A DNA stretch of 63,916 nucleotides, filler included, from Reticulomyxa filosa (taxonomy: Eukaryota; Protista; Foraminifera), in assembly GCA_000512085.1 (NCBI GenBank). It is 20 parts of 20 records of this genome, joined end to end, with 100 filler letters (N's around TTAATTAATTAA, not from the genome) between each part and the next. Parts side by side here need not be neighbours in the genome. Positions count along the whole stretch, not along the records: positions 50,147 to 55,912 come from ASPP01008731.1; positions 56,013 to 57,012 come from ASPP01033745.1; positions 57,113 to 58,989 come from ASPP01012079.1; positions 59,090 to 60,231 come from ASPP01019141.1; positions 60,332 to 62,317 come from ASPP01004212.1; positions 62,418 to 63,916 come from ASPP01004559.1; 14 more parts are not named here. One strand, 5' to 3'. The stretch's first letter is position 1, and every line of letters begins with the position of its first letter. The notes under the pieces are model-generated. The model was not told the DNA's origin, ran no database searches, and saw nothing but the letters and a program-made list of their open reading frames with translations. Below are positions 50,047 to 63,191 of this stretch, piece by piece. A program made the translations under genes and the position numbers.

Positions 50047-50146
50047 NNNNNNNNNNNNNNNNNNNNNNNNNNNNNNNNNNNNNNNNNNNNTTAATTAATT
50101 AANNNNNNNNNNNNNNNNNNNNNNNNNNNNNNNNNNNNNNNNNNNN

Positions 50147-52570
50147 GAGGAGAAGACTATGTATTGAAGATTGAATACTCGCCGTTTCGAATGGAATTGG
50201 TGCGACGCAATAAAGAGGACAAGGACAGCAGCAATGGCGAGGTGATATTGAAAGTGAACGAGTTGCAATGGCTGCACATGGAGACAGCTCGCAATCGAAC
50301 GGCAGAGGATCCGGAGGAGTGGTGGCAAGAGCAACACTCGTCGCACACGTTCCACCACGACCGCGGGCCGGAAGGGGTAGGTTGCGATTTCACGTTTATG
50401 GGATCACAGACGTTGTATGGGATCCCTGAGCACGCTGCGTCTTTGGCATTACGTGATACCTTTGAGTACAATACTGTTACTACTGAAGGAGGAGGAGGAG
50501 GAGGAGAAGGAGGAAGAGGCCAGGCGAATGAACCATATCGATTATATAATTTGGACGTGTTCGAATACGAATTGGATATCCCCGACTCATTTACGGTGCC
50601 ATTCCTTTGCTGATCTCCCACGTGCCGAAGCAAACCGAGCATCGGCTGTATTATGGCTGAACTCGGCAGAGACGTATATCGACATAATGAGCCGCCCCAC
50701 CAATGTGAACGAGCAAGAAGGGGGCAAAGTAGCTCATTGGATAAGCGAATCCGGTGTAATGGAAGTGTACGTATTGGTAGGAGCGACCCCCAAAGAGGTG
50801 CTAACCAAGTATGCGCGATTGACCGGATTCCCACAAATGCCGCCAGCATTTGCCACAGGCCATCATCAGTCGCGCTGGAATTACAACAGTCAAGACGATG
50901 TGAAGGCCATCAACGACGAGTTGATCAAGTGGAACACACCGACAGATGTGATCTGGCTCGACATTGAGCACACCGATGGCAAGAGATACTTTACGTGGGA
51001 CTCGTATCACTTTAGCAACCCGTCCGACATGGTCTCGTACGTGGCGTCGTTTGGACGCAAGATTGTGACCATTGTGGACCCGCATATCAAAAATGACGCC
51101 AACTATTACATCAATTCGGACATTGACGCACGCGATCTGTGGGTGCGCACGCGCGACGGCGAGGTGTACACTGGCTGGTGCTGGCCTGGCGAAAGCAGAT
51201 ATCCGGACTTTTCCAATCCGACAATGAGACAGTTTTGGGCAGAACAGTTCCGCTTTGATAAATATCAACACTCGTCGTCCAATTTATTCATTTGGAATGA
51301 CATGAACGAACCCAGCGTATTCAATGGTCCCGAAGTCACCATGCCCAAGTCGTGTCGACATGTCGATGGCTGGGAGCATCGCGACTTGCACAACTTGTAT
51401 GGCTACTTTGTCCATTGGGCCACCTTTGATGGACTGCTGCTTCGATCCAATCACGCCATCCGTCCTTTCGTACTGTCGCGGTCCTTCTTTGCTGGGTCGC
51501 AGCGCTTTGGCGCCATTTGGACGGGAGATAACACTGCCGATTGGAAACATTTGAAAATCTCCGTACCTATGCTCTTGTCCATGAGCATTGCTGGCCTTCC
51601 TTTTGTCGGTGCTGACATTGGCGGGTTCTTCAATAATCCCACGCCCGAATTGATGGCCAGATGGTATGAACTTGCCACGTTCTATCCCTTCTTTCGAAAT
51701 CATGCTCATCAGGACACGAAACGCAGGGAGCTGTGGGAGTTTGACGATGTCTTTGCTCAGAGAATGCGCAATGCCATTGTGCAACGCTATCAACTCTTCC
51801 CTTATGTCTATACCTTGTTCCACTTGTCTGCAACCACTGGCGAACCCATCATGCGGCCTTTGTGGTTCGACTTGGATCGCGATTCGTCTGCTTCCACGCT
51901 CACAGGGGATGATGCTTTCATGTTTGGTCCTGCTTTGCTCGTTCAGGGCATTTACGAACCTGACGTTACTGATGTCGTCGTCTCGTTGCCTGGAAACAAG
52001 ACCCACGTTTGGTACGAGTGGAGAGAAAGGGAGGCCAAGGAACAACACTTGTATTCTGGAGGAGAACAGGTCCGATTGTTTGGATATGCCCAAGGTATCC
52101 CTGTATTGCAACTTGGTGGCACCATTGTCGCCACTGCTCTGCGCATTCGTCGCTCCACTGAACTTATGAAAAGGGACCCCCTCTCTTTGGTCGTCGCCTT
52201 GGACAAATATGGACTTAGCAAAGGCCTCGTTTATATCGATGATGGCACAAGCTTTGATTTCCAAAATGGAGCTTACTTGAAAGCTGAAATCCAAGTGCAA
52301 AATTGCCAACTTTTTAATACTGTTATTCATAATAAATACACTGTTCCCGGAAGTGGGCACTTTATTGAAAAGTTCACCATTCTTGGCTCATTGCAACCTC
52401 TTGAAAGAATTGAAATTCTTTCTCAAGGCAAACAACACAATTTAAACAAAGATTTCTTCCATCAACATCAATTCTCTTTGATCATCAAAACAATGCCTCT
52501 ACATTTGTCTCTATATGACAACTTTCAAGTTCATTTGATAAGCAAAAACAAAGGCAGTTGTTTGAAATGA
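50147..52570 (+). CDS. GANAB: GH31 neutral alpha-glucosidase / glucosidase II alpha subunit (5'-truncated; two homopolymer frameshifts at ~50591 and ~50633)
   Basis: LYGIPEHA, EPYRLYNLDVFEY, HWISESG, WLDIEHTDGKRYFTWD, GWCWPG, nucleophile WNDMNEPSVFNGPE, acid/base WTGDN, FYPFFRNHAH. Confidence 0.95.
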
Positions 52571-53951
52571 TAAAAAAAAAAAGTTTTGCCTTTTTTTTTT
52601 TGAGCTCGAACTGAATTTAATCATAATAGTGATTTAGAATCAACACACATTTTTTTGAATTAGTTATTCGTTTCATTACAATTGACAAATCCATTTTTCG
52701 GTTATTGACACTTCCACTAAAAGTTGCTATAAATATTGCAAAACTTATTAAATACAGAAAAAACACTATCGTAAAAACAAAAAATAATTAAATAAGATAC
52801 AATTTATTAAATTTAATAAAACTTTTGCATCGGAGTGTGGATTTCGATTTTTACGCTTTTGTTCTTGCGACCTTGGCTATATCACAAATGCAAGTTAAAG
52901 TACATGGACCAATATATGCAATGTCACTATTTCAAATGAAAATACAACTGTGCTAAAAACGAAACAAATTCAATTGCTTAATGAAAATTTATATTTAAAG
53001 AAATCAGCTACAAGTGTTTTGTAGTATAATGTACTAATTGAAATATAGTCATAATTATTACAAAGTTTTTTATTTAAAAAAATCATTCTTTTAGTCTTTT
53101 AATTTACTTTTGGATAGCAACATATCGTTATTTTCACAACTTGCAATAATACATATTGGAATATTTAATATCTTTTGCATGACAATAGCATTATTATTTT
53201 GCCTCTACAATATCATAACTTCAGTTGCTTTATACAACATGATATTATGATAACAACGATTGTAGCAAACGTTACTGTAACTGTGATATAGTTCTTCAAT
53301 TGTTGACTTATGTATTGTACTATATGATACTGTACAAATAGTTTAATTACATACACATTACCATACTGTTCGACATAATAGTCACACAGTAAAATACTCC
53401 ATACATTTCAAGGACATCCTCCAAGCCACTGAATAATGCCACAATTCAGCATAAACGCATTCAAGCGCAACGTCGCAAACAAATCTTAAACAGCGTTTTG
53501 GACAATATATCCAGTAGCGTCGACATTTTTGGAAAGCTAGTGTAATGCTCAGATAAGATAGTAACAAAGTGCTTAGTATATTCTTGCAAAAGGGAATGCA
53601 TTGATGATTGTTGACTATTATAAACAGTAAAAATTTGAGTTAAAATTTTTCAGTTGAACGCACTTGACTTTTTTTGGAAATATTTTTTAGTTTTGTTAAT
53701 GGAACCTTGTTTGGAGTAGATTTTTGGATCAGTTAAACGTTATGTTGTTATCTGATGAAAAACGTGCGTGCATAATCAACTATGGCACGTAAGACTTATT
53801 TAAGACCTTTTAAAGTTTTTCAGCATGCAATAAGTATTGTAATCACATTACTAATTGCTTTTTTTTGTCAAGATATATCAATAAAGTAGAAGATATCTTC
53901 CCACCAAAAAAAAAATAAAATAAAATGAAACAATCTAAACAATGATATTTT

Positions 53952-55144
53952 TTACCACAAAAAATCTGCAATGATATCATTAAATTCGTCAATCCAGCCA
54001 ATATGTTTGAGTTTTATCCTTCGTTGCCAATTTTGCACAATGCTTTGAATGTCTTTACCAGTCTTTTTTTATTTTTTTTTTTTAAGGTTGTATTTGTTCA
54101 ATACCAAATTGTTAATATACCTATTTACCACATACATATACATATATATATGTATATATATATATATATTATTTTGCTTAATAAAGCATACTAAACTATT
54201 CCAATGATCGAGAACAAGTTAACTTTAAAATGTAAGTTGGTGGCTCCAATATTGCCCAGACCTCCAAGGATATGTGCACATCTATGTATATCATGAAGAA
54301 CAGCAGAGCTGTTGAAGAGTCCAATCGGCAGTATTTCAGAAGAGGTCTTCCATTTATTGCGTTTGACAGAATAAACAAAGATTTTTTCAGAATGATGCTC
54401 CCCCGAAGCAAAGCCTCCAAATATGACAATGACTTCATTGATATAAACATAAGAAAAGCTACAATAATGTCTTACATCATGATCAACCGAAAAAGTCCGG
54501 AATTCAATTTGATGATTGCTATCGTTATAAGTAATGGCAACGTTATGGTAATAATTGAGGAAGATCATCTTGTCCTTGCACTTGACAAAGCAACTCCCTC
54601 CACAAATTCCATCAATTGGCAAACGTCTTTTTGCCACACACTTGAATGAGTTTTCAATATCCAGCGCCAATATATATCCTGGATTATAGATCACGAATAA
54701 CAGGTTATTGTTGTTCCCTCCTATCAAGGCGCGGGCTTGAAATAGATTATCATCAGCCTCTCCGATTTCGTAATGACAATTTTTCCACTCATTCAAATGC
54801 TCTTTTGGCTTCTCCCACACACTTTGGTAATCCATTTGCAAAGTATGTTTGTAATATCCTCCAAAAGACAATAATGTTATTCTCCCACTGCTTGTGTCTC
54901 CGAATTTTATCACTACGTGCTCTTTCAGTTTTGTCCCTTTTGGATAGGCACAGATAAATTTGTATTCGCGCTTTCGTAAGTGGTATGAATAACAGTTGCT
55001 ATTGTTAGTACCACCACAAATTATCAGTTCGTTCTTGTACCGCATACACTGCAGTCCCTCCATGCAAACTGGTATGTCACGTAATTTTTTAAACGCAGGT
55101 GAAAGTCGTGCGTCCAAATCCATCAATTGTTTTTGTTCGTCCAT
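53952..55144 (-). CDS. Kelch-repeat protein of the Reticulomyxa-type expanded family, 2 exons
   Basis: FKKLRDIP...QCMRYKNELIICGG...CYSYHLRKREYKFICAYP, ITLLSFGG, RALIGGNNNNLLF, IVIFGG, HILGG. Last exon DIQSIVQNWQRRIKLKHIGWIDEFNDII...W*. Confidence 0.88.
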
Positions 55145-55451
55145 TATCTTAAAAAAAAAAAAAATGGACAGGAAGGAGGGTCTTTTTAGGAGAAAAAAAG
55201 AGTCAAGCGACGCCTTCCTGGACAACTTAGTTAAGTTTAAGAGTATACAGATTAAGTTTTTTAAACGTTGTCCAACCATAGGAGGAAAAAAGGATTTTTT
55301 AAAAAATTTGACGCTACGAATTTCGAATTCAGAACACCAATTACCTAAGAAAAAGTTAACTTGATTTTGCAATAAGTAAGAGATTGTACTTCTCTGCGTG
55401 GGTTTTTTTTTTTTTTTTTTTAAATATTTTAAATAATAATTTTATGAAGAG

Positions 55452-55912
55452 ATGTCTGAAAATAAAGAGAGACCTCGTACCTCAGCGTTTGATGTTCTTC
55501 GAAGTTTGGCAACAGCACAAGCGTATTTAGGAAGTATTGAAGCACAAAAGCAAGACTTTGTCCGACACAGTTTGGTATTGCAGGTGACAGTTGTACATCG
55601 AACAAAGAAAGTGGAAGAAGGGATTCCTCTTGTTTCCATCAAATCACTTTCCTTTGAGGGAGGAAAAAAAAAAAGGAGCAAAATAAAACAAAAAAAAAAA
55701 TGTGAACCATAGCACGTAGTCGCACAACAGGCGATCAGCCGAAGTTGTTTCGGTCGGTGTCGACCCGTGTACCTCCTCCAGAAGATGAGCATTTTTCCGC
55801 CCCAAAAAGTGAAGAAATAATGGCCGCACATGTGAGCACAGCTGCAAATGAAAGTGGAAATGGAAATATGAATGCAAATAATGTGAATGCAAATAATGTG
55901 AATGCAAATAAT
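55452..55912 (+). CDS. 5' fragment of a hypothetical gene ending in a 15-bp tandem repeat (AATGCAAATAATGTG)x~3
   Basis: ATG 55452, GT-AG intron ~55584-55712; repeat at 55871-55912. Confidence 0.35.
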
Positions 55913-56012
55913 NNNNNNNNNNNNNNNNNNNNNNNNNNNNNNNNNNNNNNNNNNNNTTAATTAATTAANNNNNNNNNNNNNNNNNNNNNNNNNNNNNNNN
56001 NNNNNNNNNNNN

Positions 56013-57012
56013 GAAATTTTGTCTTGAGTGCGGAGATTGCGTTGACTGTGAAGTGTAATTGATGGCCACACCTTTGTAGAAGTAGCGCTTCTTTGCACAA
56101 AGATGATGGTCATCACGACTGACTTATTTGTCAGATACGTTATGCTCCACTCATCACATTTGCGCCAATAGCGCTTTAATCATTTCAAAGACATGAGCTC
56201 AATAATTGGGCGCTGACGATGGACTTTCAATCACACTTTGTACCAGCAATTGCAGCCGGCCAAGAAATGTGTTAAAGTCATCGTCGTTGCCCACGTACAC
56301 TTACAGATAATCGCATACTCGCATCAAGTTTCCATGCGCTATCATTTGATCTATACAATTTTTATTTGTTTGTTTGTTTTTAAAAAAAAAGAATAAAAAG
56401 ACTTAACATTGCAGAATTGCCTTCGAAGTTGTGGGTGTCGATGGTATTTCTGATTTGACGTCACTTTGCACGAATTTGATATTGGTGTTGATCTTTGAGT
56501 CCTGTGTTCAAGTCGACGTTGTGTATGTAATGGTTGATCACATATGATGTCTTCAATCCTATGATCAGTTCTGATTGTTGACTCAATACATACTCACCAT
56601 TTGACGGCAGCGTTCTTAAAATCACTTCGACATCTCTAGCTGCCAATACAATACTATTTTTGGTTTTTTTTAAAAATTTTTTTAAACCAAATCAATCAAA
56701 TATGCAATCCATTCTCCACACCATCTTTTTTTTTATGGACATGTTTTTTTTTCATTTGATCTTTATTTACCTGTATGATATTGCTTTGAATGTGAATTTG
56801 AAAAAAGTCGAAGATGTACCAGAAGTTGTTTTGAACATATCAATAGCCGTTTTGATATATGAATTATTATCGCAAAACTTTGAATTGATCAACAATGTGC
56901 TCGGTGGAAAACGTATACTTTCGTTTTCTAATACCATCAACCCCTTATTGAAAATTTGCACACACGATAAGATTGTCAAATTGTAACTTGGTAGACATTG
57001 TGTCCACACGTA
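56013..57012 (-). pseudogene. Degenerate multi-exon gene of unknown family
   Basis: Coding-like exons with GT-AG introns but several in-frame stops (e.g. 56461 and within 56013-56350). Confidence 0.45.
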
Positions 57013-57179
57013 NNNNNNNNNNNNNNNNNNNNNNNNNNNNNNNNNNNNNNNNNNNNTTAATTAATTAANNNNNNNNNNNNNNNNNNNNNNNNNNNNNNNN
57101 NNNNNNNNNNNNAAAAAAAAAAAAAAAAAACAGATTAAAATGAGATGTAATTTTATGATTGGTGTCACTGAACATACAG

Positions 57180-58905
57180 AGCAATGGAACAGGAAGAAGC
57201 GATAAATGATATGGATGACGAAGAAAAAAAGCAGTACTATGACCCCAACCGAGAACGTGTTTATGCATTAAAAGTGGACGGATCCACTGTCCAATGGTTG
57301 ATGGATGCTGTCCGAATTAACATCGACAAAGCCACACAACGAAGACACGAAACGCCAGTTGAGTACTTCTATGCATCCCGTTTTTTTTTTTTTTTTTTTT
57401 GAGGCATATGTCATACCCCGCCTTTTTTTGTTGTTTTCTTTTACCTTGTGCATCTAATGATGTCTCAAACGAAGCTAGAGGAGAAGAAAAAGGGGTGTTT
57501 TTTTTTGCATATTTTTTTTTTTAGTGAGGTATACTTTTCAATGTCCCCTAGCATTTTACTTTTAGTTCTGAAAAGGGGTTCCTTTTTTAATAAAAACAAA
57601 AAAACAACTTTTAACGGAGTTTTAAATTGCCGATGTGTTGCCACAAAAAAAAAGTTGTTGGACGAGTATGACGATCGGTCCACAATGGAATGGGCCAAGA
57701 TTTTAGGATTGGTTTCTGCGACTGAGCACTCATCAAAAGTTGAGTGAAAAAAAAAAATGTTTGTGAGATGACACACAAACACACACACACACATACATAA
57801 AATGTGCAAAATTAATTCCAAAGGTGCAAAATGTATTTAAAAATTTGTTGGAAGAATGTGTGCAAAAGCAACACATGTCGGAGAATGCCGCAATCTATTT
57901 TGCAATGATGCGATACATCCACGTAGACAAAAAAAGCCAAGAGCGTTGGCTGGCGTTCCACGTGGAGTACTTGAAAGTGCCGAACCGTAGGACCTCGCAA
58001 GACGTGTTGATAGCACACTTGCAAACGATATTGAACGTGGCGAGACAAATGGACTTTGTGGGACGGAAGACAAACGAAGTGAAAGTGTTGAATGAGATCT
58101 TTGAAATCGTGCGAAAGTTGGCGACGTCAGGAAAGGGGCGTCCGGTGAAAAAGGCATGTTACATGTTGATGATGGCGATCATTTTGCGCGGACCACAGAG
58201 TATGTATGAGAAGTTGCAGACCTTTTTGGAAGGCCACGTGTTGAATCATTTGGACGAACTGGACAAAGCAGGAGACGCATTGGATATGTTGATCATGTTG
58301 TTCGAAGGTACGAACAATCCGTTTCCATTTCACGAAAAGCGTCCGATCAATTGGCTGAGCAACGTGCGAAGCGACGACGACGAAACAGCACGAAAGAATC
58401 ACATGCAAACGGTGTTTCGGGCATTTATGCGCGGCAAAGCATTGAAGGTGATCTACCATCGCTATTGGCATCGATGCGTGCGCGTGTTTGTGCATCTGTG
58501 CGCACAAAATCTGGAATTTGCGATTACCACGTTGCTGCCACAATTGTTTGATATCAAAAAGTCGAGTGCGGACCAAATTGTATTGGGACTGGACGTCATC
58601 AGCGAAATCATGCGATTGGATGGTGACTTTATCCGACAGCATCAACCCAGTCCCAATCTCCTGTCCACCGCCAATGACTTCCTGCCGGCTATGCTCTGGC
58701 AAGCCGAGCAAGTCATTGGATCCGATAAGATCGGAAGGCGTTCTCAGCCATTGTTGTTGGGAGATCGACTTTCACCATCGTCCTTGTCGAGCGATATGGT
58801 CGGCGGAGATGTTCGTGTACTTTCTTCTCAACAACAACAACAACAACAACAACAACAACCGCAAGTACAAGCACAGCAGTCATCGCAAATATCTTCAGTG
58901 TCATC

Positions 58906-58955
<50 letters not shown>

Positions 58956-58989
58956 GTAATAATAATAATAACAATAATAACAATAATAA
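57180..58989 (+). CDS. HEAT/ARM-repeat protein resembling the Furry/TAO3 (MOR2-PAG1 N-terminal) region; partial
   Basis: EWAKILGLVS...VQNVF..LL, AMMRYI, ACYMLMMAIILRGP, CVRVFVHLCAQNLEFAITTLLPQL...DQIVLGL follow the Furry N-terminal motif order. Confidence 0.45.
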
Positions 58990-60849
58990 NNNNNNNNNNN
59001 NNNNNNNNNNNNNNNNNNNNNNNNNNNNNNNNNTTAATTAATTAANNNNNNNNNNNNNNNNNNNNNNNNNNNNNNNNNNNNNNNNNNNNTTTTTTACAAA
59101 AAGGATAAGCAACACCTGACGACAATTTGGTGTATACTTTAAGATAGGCAGTAGCGCTGGAAGAAAGGATTATCATCTAAGAGTGTTTGAACATAAAGTG
59201 AGTGCTTTTTTACTTGACGACGTGTTTAGAAATTGTAGAGTAAAAATACATGAATTTTTAATAGTGACATCATTGTATAAAAACAATTAATTTGTTTACA
59301 GAATTGAAATTATCTTGCCAGAAAAAAAAAAAATCCTTTTTAACATTGATGTTTTTTTTTTTGGCTCCCTATTTGATTCTTAGGATATTTGAAAATAAAA
59401 AATAATTAAAAGATCACTAGCAACACAAGTCGGCAAATAAAACATGTTTTCTTTAAACTGGGCCAAAATATTTTTGTAAGAAAAATGAAAACAAAAAACA
59501 TCAAATGTCTAGCAATTGCTTTTTTTTTTTATCAATGCAAAAAAGAAGATCATACAATTACGGCCAATATCCTCGCAGGGTGAAGAAACAGTTAGTCTGG
59601 ATGAAGGCTGTAATTTAATGTATAATCTCAATTTTAACTATCTGAAGTAGTTATGAACCTAATGATGATCCTGGTCCCTTACCTTTTATAAAATTTCATG
59701 CGCCACAATTTTTTTTTGTATTTGTGCACCAAAATTTGCTGCCTAAAGAGAAGTTTTGCTTGTATTGTGTATATAAGTAGATGGAGGTTATGCCAAGATA
59801 TGTGTTATCTTTTTTTTGGGTGTAATTGTGTTGTGTGCGTTGCGTCAACAGACATTATCCTTTTATTGTAAATGTTATTGCGTATATTTGGATATGATGG
59901 TCGTGATAGTCAAACAAAAAAAAAAAGTAATGCAGAATTTGCAAGAAAATAGTCCCCAGTTCATTACAACGTGGACCCACGAAAACATTTTCAAAAAACA
60001 AAAAATCGACCAGGCTTCTTGTTATTTTGCTTACAAACCCTTCTTCTACTAACTGATCTTGCGGTAGTTGCAACATCGGTACTGCAAATCCAAAAGTTTT
60101 TTGTTAAAAAAATTCGTTTTGATTGGATAGTGGATAGGGAAAAAATGTGCAAAAAAAAAAAGAAATTGATAAGTCCCTCGAGTGTCCAAGCACTTCCTCT
60201 TATTGTTTTTTCACATGACATACATTTCCAGNNNNNNNNNNNNNNNNNNNNNNNNNNNNNNNNNNNNNNNNNNNNTTAATTAATTAANNNNNNNNNNNNN
60301 NNNNNNNNNNNNNNNNNNNNNNNNNNNNNNNATTAAATAAATAAGGAGAGGAAAAAAATAAGGACGAAATAAATTGGTTAAAATGTAATGTTGGTTTATG
60401 AGTGCACGTGTTTTGTTTTCATTAAGTACAATCTTAAAATTTTTTTCTCTTTTTTTGTTTCGATTTGTCTTCCCTTCCTCTTCTTGAAATTAAATTTGAA
60501 AATAATTTTGTGAAATTCAAAACAATTCGCATTATCAAGAGGTGAGTTCCTTAAAATATGTTGAAGCCAAGCTATAATTTGTTTTTGAAAAACTACGTGA
60601 TGTATGACATCAAAATTGACAACAAAAAAAACATCATTTTAGTTTCGAGTACAAGTAACTCCTTTTTTATGGAGCATTTGCAACAATTGTTAGTGTTTTG
60701 GGTCTATTCAATGCATTTCATAGTTCAATCAATCCTTGACAAGAAAAATAATGCAAATATCAAAATTATACTGATTTTCGTGATTGTAACAATTTCTTCA
60801 TGCATATGACTTCGAGTTAAGCTAAAAAAAAAAAAAAATCTAATTTCTT

Positions 60850-61686
60850 GCAACACTAACGATTTTCACACAGCAATTTGCTAATTTCTTCGCGATCTGA
60901 GGTAAATGATGTTCGATAATGATCTGTTTGTTTACAGATTCGTTTTAATGTATGTTAAAAGTTTGGAGTGATAAGCCTGTAGCTTGAAATAGCTCATTTG
61001 GATTTTTTTGAGCTAAGTTTCGCTTGAGGTAAGCCCATATGTTTTCAATTGGATTCAAATCTGGGAACATTGGAGGACATTCGAGAATGTTAAAGTGCCT
61101 GCTAATATATTTAGTGGTCGAAGCACTTTTATGAACAGGAGCGTTATCTTGTTGAAAGCAATATATTTTCAGGTGAATATATATCATTTTTTTAAAGCCA
61201 AACTCGCTGCTGGCCCCTCCAATCAGAATATAAGGTGGACTAGTCGGAGAACATCAACTTAATCCACATTTCCGGACTACAATCTTTATGTTCTTTCGCC
61301 CATTTCAATATTTTTTTCATATGATCTTTTTTTATCAATACATTCTTCGATGCAATTCTAGAGCGAATGCCTTTTACGCGCAATCTTCTGATTAATGTCG
61401 TCGTCGATATTTGTGGTGCAGTTGATCGATGAATTGTATTGGCGGACGAGAATCTTGATCGTCTTGTCGTTCGTACGATCATTCGATCTTCTCTATTTGT
61501 TGTCTTCTTTGGTCGACCACTTATAACCTTCATCTCATGCGCTCAATACGATTCTATTCGTTTTAACGCATTCCAAATAATTGATCTTTTGCGAAATAGC
61601 TTCCTTGCAATTTCTGCAACACTCAGCCCACACTCCTTATATGCAACAATCTTTCCTAATTCAAATTGAGTTAGATGTTTGCCCAT
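60850..61686 (-). mobile_element. Tc1/mariner transposase, internally deleted and inactive
   Basis: ATG 61686; HTH GLSVAEIARKL, SGRPKKTTNREDR, W..LMFSD*, FQQDNAPVH, PDLNPIENIWAYLKR. In-frame stops; the region between the first two Asp residues is largely missing. Confidence 0.92.
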
Positions 61687-62532
61687 TGTCAATACAATCA
61701 ACAGCTACAAAAGAGTATTGGGCATCACTAAATGTTATATACTTGCAAGATATCGTGCTATAAAGCCAAACAGATGCAAGGCAGTCATAAAACAAAAAAG
61801 CTAGCCAACAAAATATTAAACAAAAAGCGCACGGGTGTCAAAAAAAAAAAAAAGGACAAGTGTGCAAAAAAAAATTTTCAAGTAAGCATAAATATTCAGC
61901 AAATTAATATTAAAAAATTTATAAACTTCAAAACTTCAGCAAAAAAAATGTAATCACTAAAAAAAACAAAATGAGATAATACGTGACTACATCGACACAC
62001 AAAAGCTTCCAAAGCAAACCAAAACAAGCATTAACCCTCATTCTACATGATCAAACTATTGAGTTGTTGAATATCTAAATACAAATGGAGCATTTCACAA
62101 AAAACCAAACACTCCAAAATCAAAGTATTTTTGCTTCTCTTACAAAAAACTTTATTTGCTTTTTTTTACAACAAAAAGCTGTAACAATGTCTGACACAAT
62201 GCGCAGCCAGGCCACAGAGATTAACACTCCAAACTGATATGAGGCAAACAATAGACATCAAGCTACATTAGAAAGAGATTTGGAGGTTCAACATGTCAAC
62301 ACAAATTGAGAATGCCANNNNNNNNNNNNNNNNNNNNNNNNNNNNNNNNNNNNNNNNNNNNTTAATTAATTAANNNNNNNNNNNNNNNNNNNNNNNNNNN
62401 NNNNNNNNNNNNNNNNNAGTTAGTATGTTGTGCATATTTGTAAACTTAAGTAGTGAATCTCGAATATTTTTCGGGGTTCCTAGTGTAGTTTTTGAAACTT
62501 TAACTAAAAAAAAAAAGAAAAGGAAAGAAGAT

Positions 62533-63191
62533 ATGTCCACTCCTAGCAAGCGAAGACTTGTGCGTGATTTTCGCCGTCTAGAAACGGATCCTCCACATGG
62601 AATAACAGCAGCTCCTCTGGAAGATGATATCATGCAATGGCAAGCTATTATCTTTGGCCCTGACGAGAGTGCGTGGGAAGGTGGAACGTTTAAGCTGACA
62701 CTGTCATTCACTCAGGACTATCCAAACAAAGCACCAACAGTAAAATTCGTGACAAAAATGTTCCATCCGAATATTTATGCTGATGGAAGCATTTGTTTGG
62801 ACATTTTACAACACAATTGGTCTCCAATTTATGAATTGCGGCAATTCTTACATCAATCCAATCATTGTTGACTGATCCCAACCCCAATTCCCCTGCCAAT
62901 CTCGAAGCTGCCAAGTTATATCAAGAAAATCGCAGGGAATATGAACGTCGAGTACAGCAAATAGTCGAGGAGTCATGGGACCCCGAGAGTGACGACAACG
63001 AAAACGATGACTCGGATGCGGACAGTGAAAATGAAAGCAAAAAAAGTGACAAAAAAGACAAAGCCAACGAGAAAGAAAAGGAAAAAGAAAAAGAGAATGA
63101 AAAAGAAAAAGAAAAAGAAAAAGAGAAAAGCAATGACACACAAAACACACAGGAAAGTGGAACAATGCAATCCAGTGCCACTCAGGATTGA
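62533..63191 (+). CDS. RAD6: Ubiquitin-conjugating enzyme E2 RAD6/UBC2 with a long acidic/charged tail; 1-nt frameshift at ~62835
   Basis: [49 protein letters not shown]; next frame [38 protein letters not shown]. Confidence 0.95.

Noticed and set aside
3548-61242. Stop-codon reassignment explaining in-frame stops
   Set aside because: All three stop types occur, mostly in decayed sequence, and intact genes end normally in TAA (DHODH, QCR7) or TGA (DcpS, GH31, RAD6).
2802-62417. Recurrent TTAATTAATTAA motif as a repeat array or CRISPR-like element
   Set aside because: Always centred in exactly 88 Ns: an artificial linker. No CRISPR array is visible anywhere in the window.
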